64,000 nt of DNA, taken from Roseibacillus sp. (GTDB lineage: Bacteria; Verrucomicrobiota; Verrucomicrobiia; Verrucomicrobiales; Akkermansiaceae). Shown one piece after another: positions 49,974 to 59,622 of this stretch. Within the stretch, counting starts at the first letter, position 1. Each line of letters begins with the position of its first letter. The DNA lies in NCBI GenBank assembly GCA_051251855.1, contig JBPOGI010000002.1, positions 96,001 to 160,000 on the forward strand. Direction: 5' to 3'. A program made the position numbers and the translations under genes. Under the pieces are notes generated by a model that was not told the DNA's origin, made no database searches, and saw only the letters and a program-made list of their open reading frames with translations.

Positions 49974-52436
49974 TTAGGCAAGAGTGCCTTCGGTGACGCC
50001 GAGTTTGGAGAGGACGGGGAGAGTTTCGAGGAGTTGGGTAGAGGACTGTTCGCCACGGAGGAAGCTTTGGTATTCGTGGATGAGGTCTTTGGACTCCAGT
50101 TCGTCCTGATCGAGAAGCTCGATGCGGTAGTGGGTGAGGCCGGTGCGGCGGAGCTTGTGGAAGAAGCTGGCTCCGGTTTGGGCGCGTCCGTTGAAGAGGG
50201 TGTTGCGGCAGCCGACGTCGGCGGTGAGACGGTGAAGCTGGCCCACGCGGTCGCGGAGATGGACGGTGTGCTTTTCGCAAGGGTAGCCGCAGTCCTTCTT
50301 GCTGGTTCCTTCGCTGAGGAAGGTGCAAAAGACGCAGTGCTCCATGTGGAAGAGGGGCATGTGTTGGTGCAGGGTGAGTTCGAGCCACTCGGGAGGGGTC
50401 TTTTCTAACAGGTCGAGGACTTGGCTGATATTGAGGTCGTAGGAAACGGTGAGGCGGTCGAGGTTGCCGGCTTCTTTGAGGGTGTGAGCGGTGATGGGGT
50501 TGGAGACGTTGAGGGAGAAGTCGCCGATGCGTAGGAGGTCGTCGCGGTCGCGGAAGAAATCGAGGGCGGCGAGGTTGCGGAGAAGGACGCCGTGGGGATT
50601 CATGCCGGCGATGTGTTTGAGGAAGCCGGTTTCGCCCGCCTTGATGATGCGCGGGGTGGCGAGGATGATTTTGGAGGCGGTGTCGGTGCCGAGGGCGACG
50701 GCGTCTTTGTAGCGACGCGGGTCTTCGAAGTCACAGTAGATGGTGTCGATGTGACAGGCGAGGGCGGCTTCGAGTTGGGGAAGGGTGCGGCAGAGGAGGG
50801 TGAGGGAAGGGGTGGGGCGGTCTTCGGTGCTTTCGTTAGCGAGGCGGAAGTTGGTTTGTGGGGTTGGGACGGGAGTCGAGGGTTGCGTGGTGCTGTTGTT
50901 AGATTGGGCGTCGAGTTGTTCGACGAGGGAGCGGCGCAGGTGGTTGAGTTGAGAGAGGGGGAAGTGGCATTGGCCTTCGAGTTGGTTATCGAGACTGGCG
51001 AGTTCGTAGGCGCTGGTGCCGAGGCGTCCGAGCTTTGCGGTTAGGGTCTCGGTGGTGAGGCCTTGGTTGTTGGCTTCTTCGAGTGGTTGTTCGGATTGGA
51101 CGGAGGCCTTTTCGTGAGAAATGGTGAGTGGGGTGCCGGGGGAACCAGTGACGGTGAGGTGGAGGGGTGACTTTTTCTCGGTGAGCTTTGCCTTTTGCCA
51201 GAACTTGCGAAGGTCGCGTTCGAGGGCAGGGTCGGCGGTTTTGTAGAGGGTGACGCCGGGTCGGATGCGGTCCCAGTTGATGCCGCTGAGTTCACTGTGG
51301 AAGATGATGCGGTCGTCTTGAATGCGCCAAATACTCGCGCCTTGTTCGAGGTCGCGGTTTTCGCCGGCGTCGAAGACGATGCCGTCGCCGGCCTTGAGTG
51401 CAGGGACTTGTTCGGCTGGCGGGGTGTCGAGGCGAATCCAGCCGTTCTGGGCTTCGATGATGGTGCCGAGGAAAGGGCCACGCTTTTTGCCAAAGCGTCC
51501 GTGGGTGAGATAGGGATGGTTGGTGCCGCCGAGCCAGCCGTTGGTGAGGCCGCGTGAGAAGGTCATCTCGAGGGAATACTTATCCTCTGGGGTGACGGCG
51601 GGGAGGGTGCTGATGGGTTCCGCTTGGGCTGCATCGAGGGCTTTGCGATAGACCTTGGTGACGGCGGTGACGTATTCGGGGGACTTGAGCCGGCCTTCGA
51701 TTTTGAAGGATTTGACACCGGCTTTGACGAGGTCGGGGATGAGGTCGACGGCGGCGAGGTCTTGAGGGGAGAGGAGGTAGCGGTGCTCGCCCATTTCCTT
51801 GAGCTCGCCGTCGATGATGAGCTCGTAGGGCATGCGGCAGGCTTGCGCGCATTCGCCACGATTGGCGGAACGCTGGCCAAGGGACTCAGAGGTGAGGCAT
51901 TGACCAGAGTAGGCGACGCATAGGGCCCCGTGGACAAAGACCTCGAGAGGGGTGTGTTCGCTTTTGCCGAACTTTTCGATTTCTTTGACCGAGAGTTCGC
52001 GGGCGAGGACGGCGCGTTCGAGGGGGAGGATGCTTTCGATGAAGCGGAGACCATCGGGAGAGGTGATGGTCATTTGGGTGGAGGCGTGAATCTCGACGTC
52101 GGGGGCGAGTTCGACGGCCATTTTGGCGAGTCCGATGTCTTGAATGATGAAGGCGTCGACCCCGCTTTCTTGTGCGAGGCGGAGCTGGTCGGCAGCGGCT
52201 TCGAGTTCACCAGTGAAGATGAGGGTGTTCATGGTGAGGAAGCCTTTGACCCCGTGCTTGTGGAGAAAGGCCATGAGCTCGGGAAGGTCCTCGTGGGTGA
52301 AGTTGTCAGCGCGCAGGCGGGCATTGAAGGCGGGGAGACCAAAGTAGATGGCGTCCGCACCAGCGGCGATGGCGGCGCGGGCGCAGTCCCAGTTGCCAGC
52401 TGGGGAGAGAAGTTCGGGTGTGAGGTCGGGTTGCAA
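49974..52436 (-). CDS. U32 family protein with C-terminal extension (RlhA/YdcP-like RNA hydroxylation factor)
   Basis: PELLSPAG, GADAIYFG..FNAR, EVFVHGALCVAYSGQC, SANRGECAQACR, KIEGRLK; TTG 52436 avoids overlap with the divergent gene. Confidence 0.88.
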   Translation of the reverse strand: MQPDLTPELLSPAGNWDCARAAIAAGADAIYFGLPAFNARLRADNFTHEDLPELMAFLHKHGVKGFLTMNTLIFTGELEAAADQLRLAQESGVDAFIIQDIGLAKMAVELAPDVEIHASTQMTITSPDGLRFIESILPLERAVLARELSVKEIEKFGKSEHTPLEVFVHGALCVAYSGQCLTSESLGQRSANRGECAQACRMPYELIIDGELKEMGEHRYLLSPQDLAAVDLIPDLVKAGVKSFKIEGRLKSPEYVTAVTKVYRKALDAAQAEPISTLPAVTPEDKYSLEMTFSRGLTNGWLGGTNHPYLTHGRFGKKRGPFLGTIIEAQNGWIRLDTPPAEQVPALKAGDGIVFDAGENRDLEQGASIWRIQDDRIIFHSELSGINWDRIRPGVTLYKTADPALERDLRKFWQKAKLTEKKSPLHLTVTGSPGTPLTISHEKASVQSEQPLEEANNQGLTTETLTAKLGRLGTSAYELASLDNQLEGQCHFPLSQLNHLRRSLVEQLDAQSNNSTTQPSTPVPTPQTNFRLANESTEDRPTPSLTLLCRTLPQLEAALACHIDTIYCDFEDPRRYKDAVALGTDTASKIILATPRIIKAGETGFLKHIAGMNPHGVLLRNLAALDFFRDRDDLLRIGDFSLNVSNPITAHTLKEAGNLDRLTVSYDLNISQVLDLLEKTPPEWLELTLHQHMPLFHMEHCVFCTFLSEGTSKKDCGYPCEKHTVHLRDRVGQLHRLTADVGCRNTLFNGRAQTGASFFHKLRRTGLTHYRIELLDQDELESKDLIHEYQSFLRGEQSSTQLLETLPVLSKLGVTEGTLA

Positions 52437-52529
52437 GGTGCGAAACCATAGCCGCGATTGGGGTTTGGGGGAAGACGCGCTGCAAAAAGTTGTCAGAGTG
52501 ATGCAACTTTCGCTGTAGTCTTGGGTTAG

Positions 52530-54020
52530 ATGAGTGTGATGGCGAAGGTTTCTGACAGTTGGACGATTTTCGAGGCAGCGCATTTGCTGAATCGGGCAGG
52601 CTTTGGCGGAAGTCCTGCCGAGATTAAGGAATTTCACGAGCGAGGGCGCCATGGGGCGGTGGATTGGCTATTGGAAGCTCAGGAAAGTGACCCTCCGGCG
52701 AAGCCAGCTTGGGCGGATTCAGAAGAGGGGCCGATGAGGAGGATGATGGGCAATGTGGCTGAGCTGGCAGGTTTGTCGAAAGAGGAGCGAGAGAAGAAGC
52801 GACGTGAGATGCAGCAAGCAATGCAGAAAGAGCGGCGTCAGGATGGCCTCACTTTGATGGCTTGGTGGGTGAATCGCATGAGGACTACGGATGCGCCTTT
52901 GCGGGAAAAGATGACTCTCTTCTGGCACGATCACTTTCCTTCGAGCACGCAGAAGGTGCGATTGCCCAAGTTCATGCTGCAACAGAATGAGTTGTTTCGC
53001 GAAGAGGCTCTGGGGGATTTTGGAAGGCTGACCAAGAAGATTACCAAGGACCCAGCGATGATGATTTATCTCGATTCGGTTCAGTCCAATAAGAGCAAGC
53101 CGAACGAGAACTTCGCGCGTGAGCTGTTAGAATTGTTCACGCTTGGAGAGGGGAATTATACTGAGGACGATGTCAAAGAGGCGGCGCGGGCTTTTACTGG
53201 GCTTCAGTTGAATCGCCGGAATGGAGAGGTGGATTTTGCCCAGCGCAGATGGGATGACGGGGAGAAGGAAATTTTGGGGCAGCGGGGTGCCTTTGATGCG
53301 AAAGGAGTGGTTGATTTGGTGTTGGCGAAGCCTGAGTGCGGCCGTCATGTGGCAGGGAAGATTTGGGAATTTTTTGCCTATGAAAATCCTGAGCCCGAGT
53401 TGGCGGCGCGTTTGGGGAAGGGCTTCTTTAAAGCGGGTTACAAGGTGAAGCCTCTTTTGCGGGAAATCTTTTTGAGTGAGGAGTTCTATTCCTCCCGCGC
53501 GATGCGATCTCAGATTAAGAGCCCGCTCGAGTTTGTGGTGATGATGAATCGTCAATTGGAAGTTGGTCCTTTGCAGGAGCGGGTATTGCTGGCCGTGTTG
53601 CAACAGTTGGGACAAGTGCCTTTTCTACCGCCCAACGTAGCGGGTTGGGATTGGGGGAAGGCGTGGGTGAATACGAATACTTTGCTGACTCGGTATCACT
53701 TTGCCGGTTTGGTGACCGGTGCAGGCGGGGATCCGAAAATGGTTACGGGTGGCAAGGGGGGAGCTTTTCTTGGGAGGAAGCTTCAGGAAGGATTGGCAAA
53801 GCCTGACTTGGAGGTGCTCGTGCCACGGGAGACGAGGGAGGATATTCCGAAGCTGGTTGCGGAGCTTGGCTTCCGGCTTTTTCAAGCGCCTCTCTCGGAG
53901 AAAGACCAAGTGGCTTTCGAGAGTTATGCCAAGGCCAAGAAGGGCGTCGTTTTTACCAATACCGAGGTGGCAGAACTGATGCACCTTATGATGTCGACGC
54001 CCAGTTATCAACTTACCTAA
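52530..54020 (+). CDS. DUF1800 domain protein
   Basis: AHLLNRAGFG, LREKMTLFWHDHF, PNENFARELLELFTLG, PPNVAGW. Confidence 0.92.
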   Translation: MSVMAKVSDSWTIFEAAHLLNRAGFGGSPAEIKEFHERGRHGAVDWLLEAQESDPPAKPAWADSEEGPMRRMMGNVAELAGLSKEEREKKRREMQQAMQKERRQDGLTLMAWWVNRMRTTDAPLREKMTLFWHDHFPSSTQKVRLPKFMLQQNELFREEALGDFGRLTKKITKDPAMMIYLDSVQSNKSKPNENFARELLELFTLGEGNYTEDDVKEAARAFTGLQLNRRNGEVDFAQRRWDDGEKEILGQRGAFDAKGVVDLVLAKPECGRHVAGKIWEFFAYENPEPELAARLGKGFFKAGYKVKPLLREIFLSEEFYSSRAMRSQIKSPLEFVVMMNRQLEVGPLQERVLLAVLQQLGQVPFLPPNVAGWDWGKAWVNTNTLLTRYHFAGLVTGAGGDPKMVTGGKGGAFLGRKLQEGLAKPDLEVLVPRETREDIPKLVAELGFRLFQAPLSEKDQVAFESYAKAKKGVVFTNTEVAELMHLMMSTPSYQLT

Positions 54021-54039
54021 AATCTAGTAGTAAAACAAT

Positions 54040-55356
54040 ATGAGTGACTTTTTCAAAACGCGCCGCGAGTTTCTTCGCACTGGTATCTGGGGGGCTTCAG
54101 CCACCTGGACGATGCCTCTTTTTCTGGAGCGGACCTTTGGTGAAATCGATGCCGCGGCCCGCGACTTGGCGGTGCAAGCAGCGAGCGGTAAGGACGATGA
54201 GATTCTCGTGGTGCTGCAAATGGCAGGGGGAAACGACGGTCTCAATACGGTGGTTCCTTATGCGGATGACGCCTACCAGAAGGCGCGGCCGACTCTAGCC
54301 AAGAAGCCCAAGGACCTAATTAAGTTGAAGGATGGCTTGGGTTTGAATGACAATTTGAAGAGCTTGGGAGGTCTTTATGATGAGGGAGAACTGGCGATTG
54401 TGCAGGGGGTGGGTTATCCCAATCCAAATCGTTCGCACTTTGTGTCCACTTCGGTCTGGGAGACGGCGGACCCGAACAATCGTTCGAACACAGGATGGTT
54501 GGGACGTTACTTTGACAATCAGTGCGAGGGTAGTGACCCTATGGTAGGAGTGAGTCTTCGCAAGACGCAGCCAGAGTCCTTTGGGGCTGAGCGGAACTCG
54601 GGAATTAGTCTTTCGGCACCTGAGTTGTATCGCTGGATTCACGGTGGTGACCAGTTGGCGGAAGCGGAGCAAGTTTTCGCCGGTTTGAATTCACCCGGGA
54701 TGGGGGAGATGAGCGATGTGGCAGCGGGCGACTCGATTAAAGAAGTGGGTGAGATGGGTGGAATCGTAGGAGAAGACAATGCCTCTTATCTCGAGCGAGT
54801 GGCGCTGAGTGCGCAGGTGAGTTCTGATGAGGTGGTGAAGTTGGCGCGCAAGCATAACCCTAAGACCAATTATCCCAGTTCGCAGCTAGGCCAGAGTTTG
54901 AGCTTGGTGGGGCGGATGATTGCGGGTGGGATGCCGACACGGGTTTATTATGTGAATCACGGTGGCTTTGATACTCATCGTCAGCAGGAGGGTCGGCATG
55001 ACCAGTTGCTGTCGCAGATGGATGCGGCTTTGAAGTCTTTCTTTACGGATATGAAGGCGCAGGGAAATTACAAGCGGGTGACGGTGATGACCTTTTCTGA
55101 ATTTGGTCGCCGGGTAGGGCAAAATGCGAGTGGTGGCACGGACCACGGGCAGGGCTCTTGTCTCTTTGTCGCTGGAGGAGGCGTGAAGGGGGGGCTTTAT
55201 GGCGAGTATCCCAGTTTGACGGATTTGAGTCGGGGAGATTTGAAGTTTACGACTGATTTCCGGAAGGTTTATGCGACGCTGTTAGATGATTGGTTGAAAA
55301 CGGATTCGAAGAAGATTCTTGGGAAGCAGTTTGGAGGATTGGGGTTTCTGGGGTAG
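54040..55356 (+). CDS. DUF1501 domain protein (Tat signal), partner of DUF1800
   Basis: TRREFL, GGNDGLN, NRSHF, GGFDTH, FSEFGRR..N..GTDHG. Confidence 0.92.
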   Translation: MSDFFKTRREFLRTGIWGASATWTMPLFLERTFGEIDAAARDLAVQAASGKDDEILVVLQMAGGNDGLNTVVPYADDAYQKARPTLAKKPKDLIKLKDGLGLNDNLKSLGGLYDEGELAIVQGVGYPNPNRSHFVSTSVWETADPNNRSNTGWLGRYFDNQCEGSDPMVGVSLRKTQPESFGAERNSGISLSAPELYRWIHGGDQLAEAEQVFAGLNSPGMGEMSDVAAGDSIKEVGEMGGIVGEDNASYLERVALSAQVSSDEVVKLARKHNPKTNYPSSQLGQSLSLVGRMIAGGMPTRVYYVNHGGFDTHRQQEGRHDQLLSQMDAALKSFFTDMKAQGNYKRVTVMTFSEFGRRVGQNASGGTDHGQGSCLFVAGGGVKGGLYGEYPSLTDLSRGDLKFTTDFRKVYATLLDDWLKTDSKKILGKQFGGLGFLG

Positions 55357-55420
55357 AGGCCGATAGAGTCATGAGGCTTTGATGTTGGCAGGAGAGCTGA
55401 ATTCGATCAGGCTTCGGGCC

Positions 55421-56425
55421 ATGAAAGTTTTGGAGCTGTCCCAACCTTCGGTGTTGAAGGTTTGTGAGCGAGAAGAGCCTACTCTGGGTGCGGGGGAGAT
55501 TCGTATTTCAGTGCGCGCTTGTGGGATTTGTGGGAGTGACTTGCATGGAATCGATGGCAGCACAGGGCGACGTATTCCGCCGATGGTGATGGGCCATGAG
55601 GCCAGTGGCGTGATTGAGTCGGTGGGTGAAGGGGTAGAGAATTTTGCGGTGGGAGAGCGGGTGACTTTTGATTCTACAGTGTGGTGTGGGGAGTGTGACT
55701 ATTGCCGTGAGGGCCGGGTGAATCTTTGTGATGACAGGCAGGTAGTGGGGGTGTCCTGCGAGGAGTTTCAGCGAGATGGAGCCTTTGCCGAGAAGCTGGT
55801 GGTGCCAGCTCGGATCGTTCATCGCTTGCCGGAGGGGTTGAGTTTTGAGGAGGCCGCTTTTGCGGAGCCTGTAGGGGTCGCGTTGCATGCGGTGTCACGG
55901 GTGAAGGCCGTGAAGGGTAAGAAAGTGGTAGTCGTGGGGGCAGGATTGATTGGTTTGTTAGTGATTCAAGCGTTGAAAAGAGCGGGGGCGGCTCAGGTGG
56001 TAGCAGTGGATTTGTGGGAGGAGCGATTGGCTTTGGCGAAGACTTTGGGGGCTGATGAGGTGGAACTGGCGGGATTTTTTAAGGGTGACGACTTTGATGT
56101 TGCGATGGAAGTGGTGGGAGCGGAGGCGTCGGTGCAGGCTGCGGTTCGTTCGGTGAAAAAAGGGGGGCAGGTAGTCTTGGTGGGGAACTTGTCGCCGGAG
56201 GTTCCGTTTCCGCTGCAAGCTGCGGTGACGCGAGAGTTGGATGTGCTGGGCAGTTGTGCCATTGCGGGCGAGTATCCAGATGCGTTGGAGGCGATTGCGA
56301 GTGGTGAGATTTTGGTGAAGCCGCTCATCTCGGCGAGCTTTCCGCTGGAAGAGGGGGCGCAAGCGTTTGTGGCGGCAGCGGAAAAGGGAGCGCTGAAGGT
56401 GATGGTGAAACCGAATGGAAAGTGA
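55421..56425 (+). CDS. Zn-dependent sugar/polyol dehydrogenase (MDR family)
   Basis: GICGSDLH, GHEASG, CGECDYC..C, GAGLIG. Confidence 0.9.
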   Translation: MKVLELSQPSVLKVCEREEPTLGAGEIRISVRACGICGSDLHGIDGSTGRRIPPMVMGHEASGVIESVGEGVENFAVGERVTFDSTVWCGECDYCREGRVNLCDDRQVVGVSCEEFQRDGAFAEKLVVPARIVHRLPEGLSFEEAAFAEPVGVALHAVSRVKAVKGKKVVVVGAGLIGLLVIQALKRAGAAQVVAVDLWEERLALAKTLGADEVELAGFFKGDDFDVAMEVVGAEASVQAAVRSVKKGGQVVLVGNLSPEVPFPLQAAVTRELDVLGSCAIAGEYPDALEAIASGEILVKPLISASFPLEEGAQAFVAAAEKGALKVMVKPNGK

Positions 56426-57211
56426 ATGATGAGTGATTTTAATCTAACTGGAAAAGTGGCTTTGGTCACGGGTGCGAGTCGTGGATTGGGGAAGGGCTTT
56501 GCGTTGGCATTGGCGAGAGCGGGAGCTGATGTGGTGGTGACGAGTCGCGACCTCACCGCTTTGGTAGAGACCGTTGTAGAAGTGGAAGCGCTGGGAAGGA
56601 AGGCGTGGCCGGTAGCGCTGGATGTGCGTGAGCAGGGAAGTATTGAAAAGTGTGTGGCGGAAGCTTGGGAAGTGAGTGGTGGCATTGATATCCTCGTGAA
56701 CAATGCAGGATGTAATGTGAGGAAGCCGGCCTTGGAAGTGACGTGGGAGGATTGGAATCTGATTCTGGAGACAAATTTGCGTGGGGTGTTTTTTGTAGCG
56801 CAGGCTTGTGCGCGACGGATGGTGGAGCGGAAGTATGGGCGTGTGATCAATATTGGTTCGGTGACGTCGGTGAATGGTTATGCCGGGTTGGCTCCGTATG
56901 GGGCGAGCCGTGGGGGGACCAAGCAGTTGACGATGAGTTTGGCTGATGATTGGGGGCCGCATGGCATTACGGTAAATTGTCTCGCGCCGGGTTGGTTTAA
57001 GACGGCGCAGAATGCGGTGATGTATGAAGATGAGGGCTGGGTGGAGTATCTGACGGACCGGATTCCACTGAAGAGACCAGGCGCGCCGGGGGATTTGGAT
57101 GGGGCGCTCGTTTTTCTAGCGAGCGATGCCAGTGCGTATATGACGGGGCAGACTTTATTGATTGATGGCGGGATTTCGGTGGGGGCGGTGAAGGCGGTGC
57201 CGAAGAAATGA
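56426..57211 (+). CDS. SDR oxidoreductase (gluconate 5-dehydrogenase/KduD-like)
   Basis: TGASRGLG, VNNAG, VNCLAPG; the YxxxK motif reads YGASR. Confidence 0.88.
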   Translation: MMSDFNLTGKVALVTGASRGLGKGFALALARAGADVVVTSRDLTALVETVVEVEALGRKAWPVALDVREQGSIEKCVAEAWEVSGGIDILVNNAGCNVRKPALEVTWEDWNLILETNLRGVFFVAQACARRMVERKYGRVINIGSVTSVNGYAGLAPYGASRGGTKQLTMSLADDWGPHGITVNCLAPGWFKTAQNAVMYEDEGWVEYLTDRIPLKRPGAPGDLDGALVFLASDASAYMTGQTLLIDGGISVGAVKAVPKK

Positions 57212-57227
57212 GCTTTTCGAGTGAGGT

Positions 57228-58742
57228 TTGATGGGACAGCTTAGGTTGATGGATGTTCTTTTGTTGAAAAATGCAGCGCTCGCTGGGGGCGAGGGTTTTG
57301 ATACCCAGTTGTTTTTTATTCTCTTTGGAATCTATATTCTGGGGATGGTGATTCTGGGGTGGTGGGTGTCGCGCGGACAGAAATCGGGGGATGACTTTCT
57401 GTTGAGTGGAAGAAGCGTGCCGCTGTTCTTGGTTTTGGGGACGACGGTGGCGACGATGGTGGGGACGGGGTCGAGCATGGGGGCGGTGGGTAAGGCTTAT
57501 ACCAATGGTTGGGCGGGGGCCTTGTTTGCGATTGGAGCAGGGACGGGGTTGTTGTTTTTAGCGCGGTTCTTTGCGGATGCGCGGAAGTATAACTTTATGA
57601 CCTTCTCGGAAGAGGTGTCGTTTTATTATGGAGGAAATCGGTTGATTAAAGGGATTGTGGGGGTAGCGATTTTCTTGGCTTCGGTGGGTTGGTTAGGTGC
57701 TCATATTATGGGAGGGAGCCTCTATCTGAACTGGATTGCGGGAATCGAGATGACGACTTGTAAAATCATCGTGGCCTCAGCTTTTACGATTTATGTGATT
57801 ATTGGGGGGTATACGGCCGTGATTTGGACCGATACCGTTCAGGCGGTGGTGCTTTTCGTGGGGTTCCTGATCATGGCCTTTGCGTGCTTGGGCCGGATTG
57901 ATGTCATGAACGATTCGAGCGCTTTGTTTGATGGCAAGTATTTTGCCTTTCTGGGCACGGGTGAGCTGATGGCGTCGCTGACGGTGGCGGTGAGCGTGTT
58001 TATCAGCACTGCGACGGTGCCGTCATTTCGGCAGCGGATCTACTCTTCCAAGGATGCGGGGACGGTGCGGAAGAGTTACTATTGGTCGGCAGGTTTGTAT
58101 TTGTTGTTTGCGCTTATTCCGGTGGTGATTGGAATTACCGCTTCGCAGTTGATTCCAGGGTTGGTGAATCAAGATCAGGCGTTTCCGGAGCTGTTGGTTA
58201 TGATTCTGCCGACGGGATTAGCGGTGATTGTTTTGATTGCGGGACTGAGCGCGGTGATTTCGTCAGCGAGCTCGGATGCCATTGCTGGAACCTCGATTCT
58301 TTTGCGGGACGTCTATATTCTCTTCACTGGAAAGATGCCGCCGAAGGAGAGGGTGATGATTTATTCGCGGGTGGGGGCAGCAGTGACTTCGGTGCTGGCG
58401 GTGATGTTCACGATGTTGTCGGACAATATTTTTGGCTATATCAAGAACATGGTGGGCTTGGTGATTAGCGGACTGTTTGTCTGCTGTGTATTAGGCCGTT
58501 TTTGGAAGAGGAGCACTTGGCAGGGTGGAGTGGCGTCGTTGGTGACCGGGACGGCGGTCGCGGTGGTTGTTTTTTTGATGCCGAGTTGGAATGAGTTCTT
58601 TGGGGGGGTCACTATTCCCGCTGTTTTCGCTTCCTTGGTGGCGGGAGTGACCGTGAGCCTGCTGACCCCGCCGTGCAAGATTACGGATGAAGAGGCGCTG
58701 CAGTCTTTAGAGAAAGAGCGGGAAGCCTTTCATGGCAGCTAG
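57228..58742 (+). CDS. Sodium:solute symporter
   Basis: DFLLSGRS, GGYTAVIWTDTVQ, many TM segments; start may be ATG 57249. Confidence 0.9.
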   Translation: MMGQLRLMDVLLLKNAALAGGEGFDTQLFFILFGIYILGMVILGWWVSRGQKSGDDFLLSGRSVPLFLVLGTTVATMVGTGSSMGAVGKAYTNGWAGALFAIGAGTGLLFLARFFADARKYNFMTFSEEVSFYYGGNRLIKGIVGVAIFLASVGWLGAHIMGGSLYLNWIAGIEMTTCKIIVASAFTIYVIIGGYTAVIWTDTVQAVVLFVGFLIMAFACLGRIDVMNDSSALFDGKYFAFLGTGELMASLTVAVSVFISTATVPSFRQRIYSSKDAGTVRKSYYWSAGLYLLFALIPVVIGITASQLIPGLVNQDQAFPELLVMILPTGLAVIVLIAGLSAVISSASSDAIAGTSILLRDVYILFTGKMPPKERVMIYSRVGAAVTSVLAVMFTMLSDNIFGYIKNMVGLVISGLFVCCVLGRFWKRSTWQGGVASLVTGTAVAVVVFLMPSWNEFFGGVTIPAVFASLVAGVTVSLLTPPCKITDEEALQSLEKEREAFHGS

Positions 58743-58756
58743 GGGGATAAACGCTC

Positions 58757-59524
58757 TTACTTTTCCAGCGGTTTCAATTCGATGTTTCGAAACCAGACAG
58801 GTTGTCCTTCGGCTTGGAGGGCGATGTGTCCGTGGCTGAGAAGGAGGGGCGCGCCGGCTGCGAGGAGGGCTTTGCTGTCGACGACGCGGCCTTCGGGATC
58901 GAGTTGAGGTTTTTGGTAGCGGAGGACTTCTACACCATTGACGCGGTGGATGACCTCGTCGCTGCCTCGGACTTCGACTTCGATTTGCACCCACTGGTCG
59001 GCGGGGAGGTTCTCGGCGGATGACTTGACGATGTGCTGGGTGGTGAGTTCGCCTTGGTATTCAATGTTGGTGCCGGGGGTGCAGACGTTGCCGGTGGGGC
59101 GGGGGCCTTTGCCTTCGTCGGCGAGGAATTGGAACTCGATGCTGACGGGGAAGCCTTGCTCAAGGGTCATGCTTTGCGGCGGTTGAGAATGAAGCATGAC
59201 GCCGCTGTTGAGGTTCACGTAGTGAGGAGCGTCGGCCATCATCTTGCCTTCGAACTTGTATTCCATGCGCAGGATGTAGTGCGAATAGGCGAGATTGCTG
59301 TAAAGATGGCCGAATTTTTTATCGAAGGAGGGGTATTTGTCGTAGCAGCACTTGAGGATGCCATCTTCGACGCGGAAAGTGTCGTGGGTGTTTTCGCCGA
59401 GGGGGTGTCCGGCGATTTTGGGAGTCCAACCGGTGAGGTCTTTGCCGTTGAAGAGGCTGACCCAGCCTTCTTCGGCGGGAAGGATGGAAGAGAGGCTCAG
59501 AGCGAGAAAGAGGGTGCGAATCAT
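58757..59524 (-). CDS. DUF1080 (3-keto-disaccharide hydrolase family) secreted protein
   Basis: WVSLFNGKDLTGW, NSGV, GHIALQAEG..FRNI. Confidence 0.9.
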   Translation of the reverse strand: MIRTLFLALSLSSILPAEEGWVSLFNGKDLTGWTPKIAGHPLGENTHDTFRVEDGILKCCYDKYPSFDKKFGHLYSNLAYSHYILRMEYKFEGKMMADAPHYVNLNSGVMLHSQPPQSMTLEQGFPVSIEFQFLADEGKGPRPTGNVCTPGTNIEYQGELTTQHIVKSSAENLPADQWVQIEVEVRGSDEVIHRVNGVEVLRYQKPQLDPEGRVVDSKALLAAGAPLLLSHGHIALQAEGQPVWFRNIELKPLEK

Positions 59525-59622
59525 GATTCCTAGATAGATAGCGAAAGCGATGGGAGAGGTAAACCCTTGTAGTTGAGTCGTGACCTTTTGGCTGTTTTCG
59601 CGTATGAGGCCGCTTCCTTTCT

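Noticed and set aside
52437..52652. Head-to-head overlap of the U32 and DUF1800 genes
   Set aside because: Artefact of longest-ORF calling; the U32 domain begins at PELLSPAG just after TTG 52436
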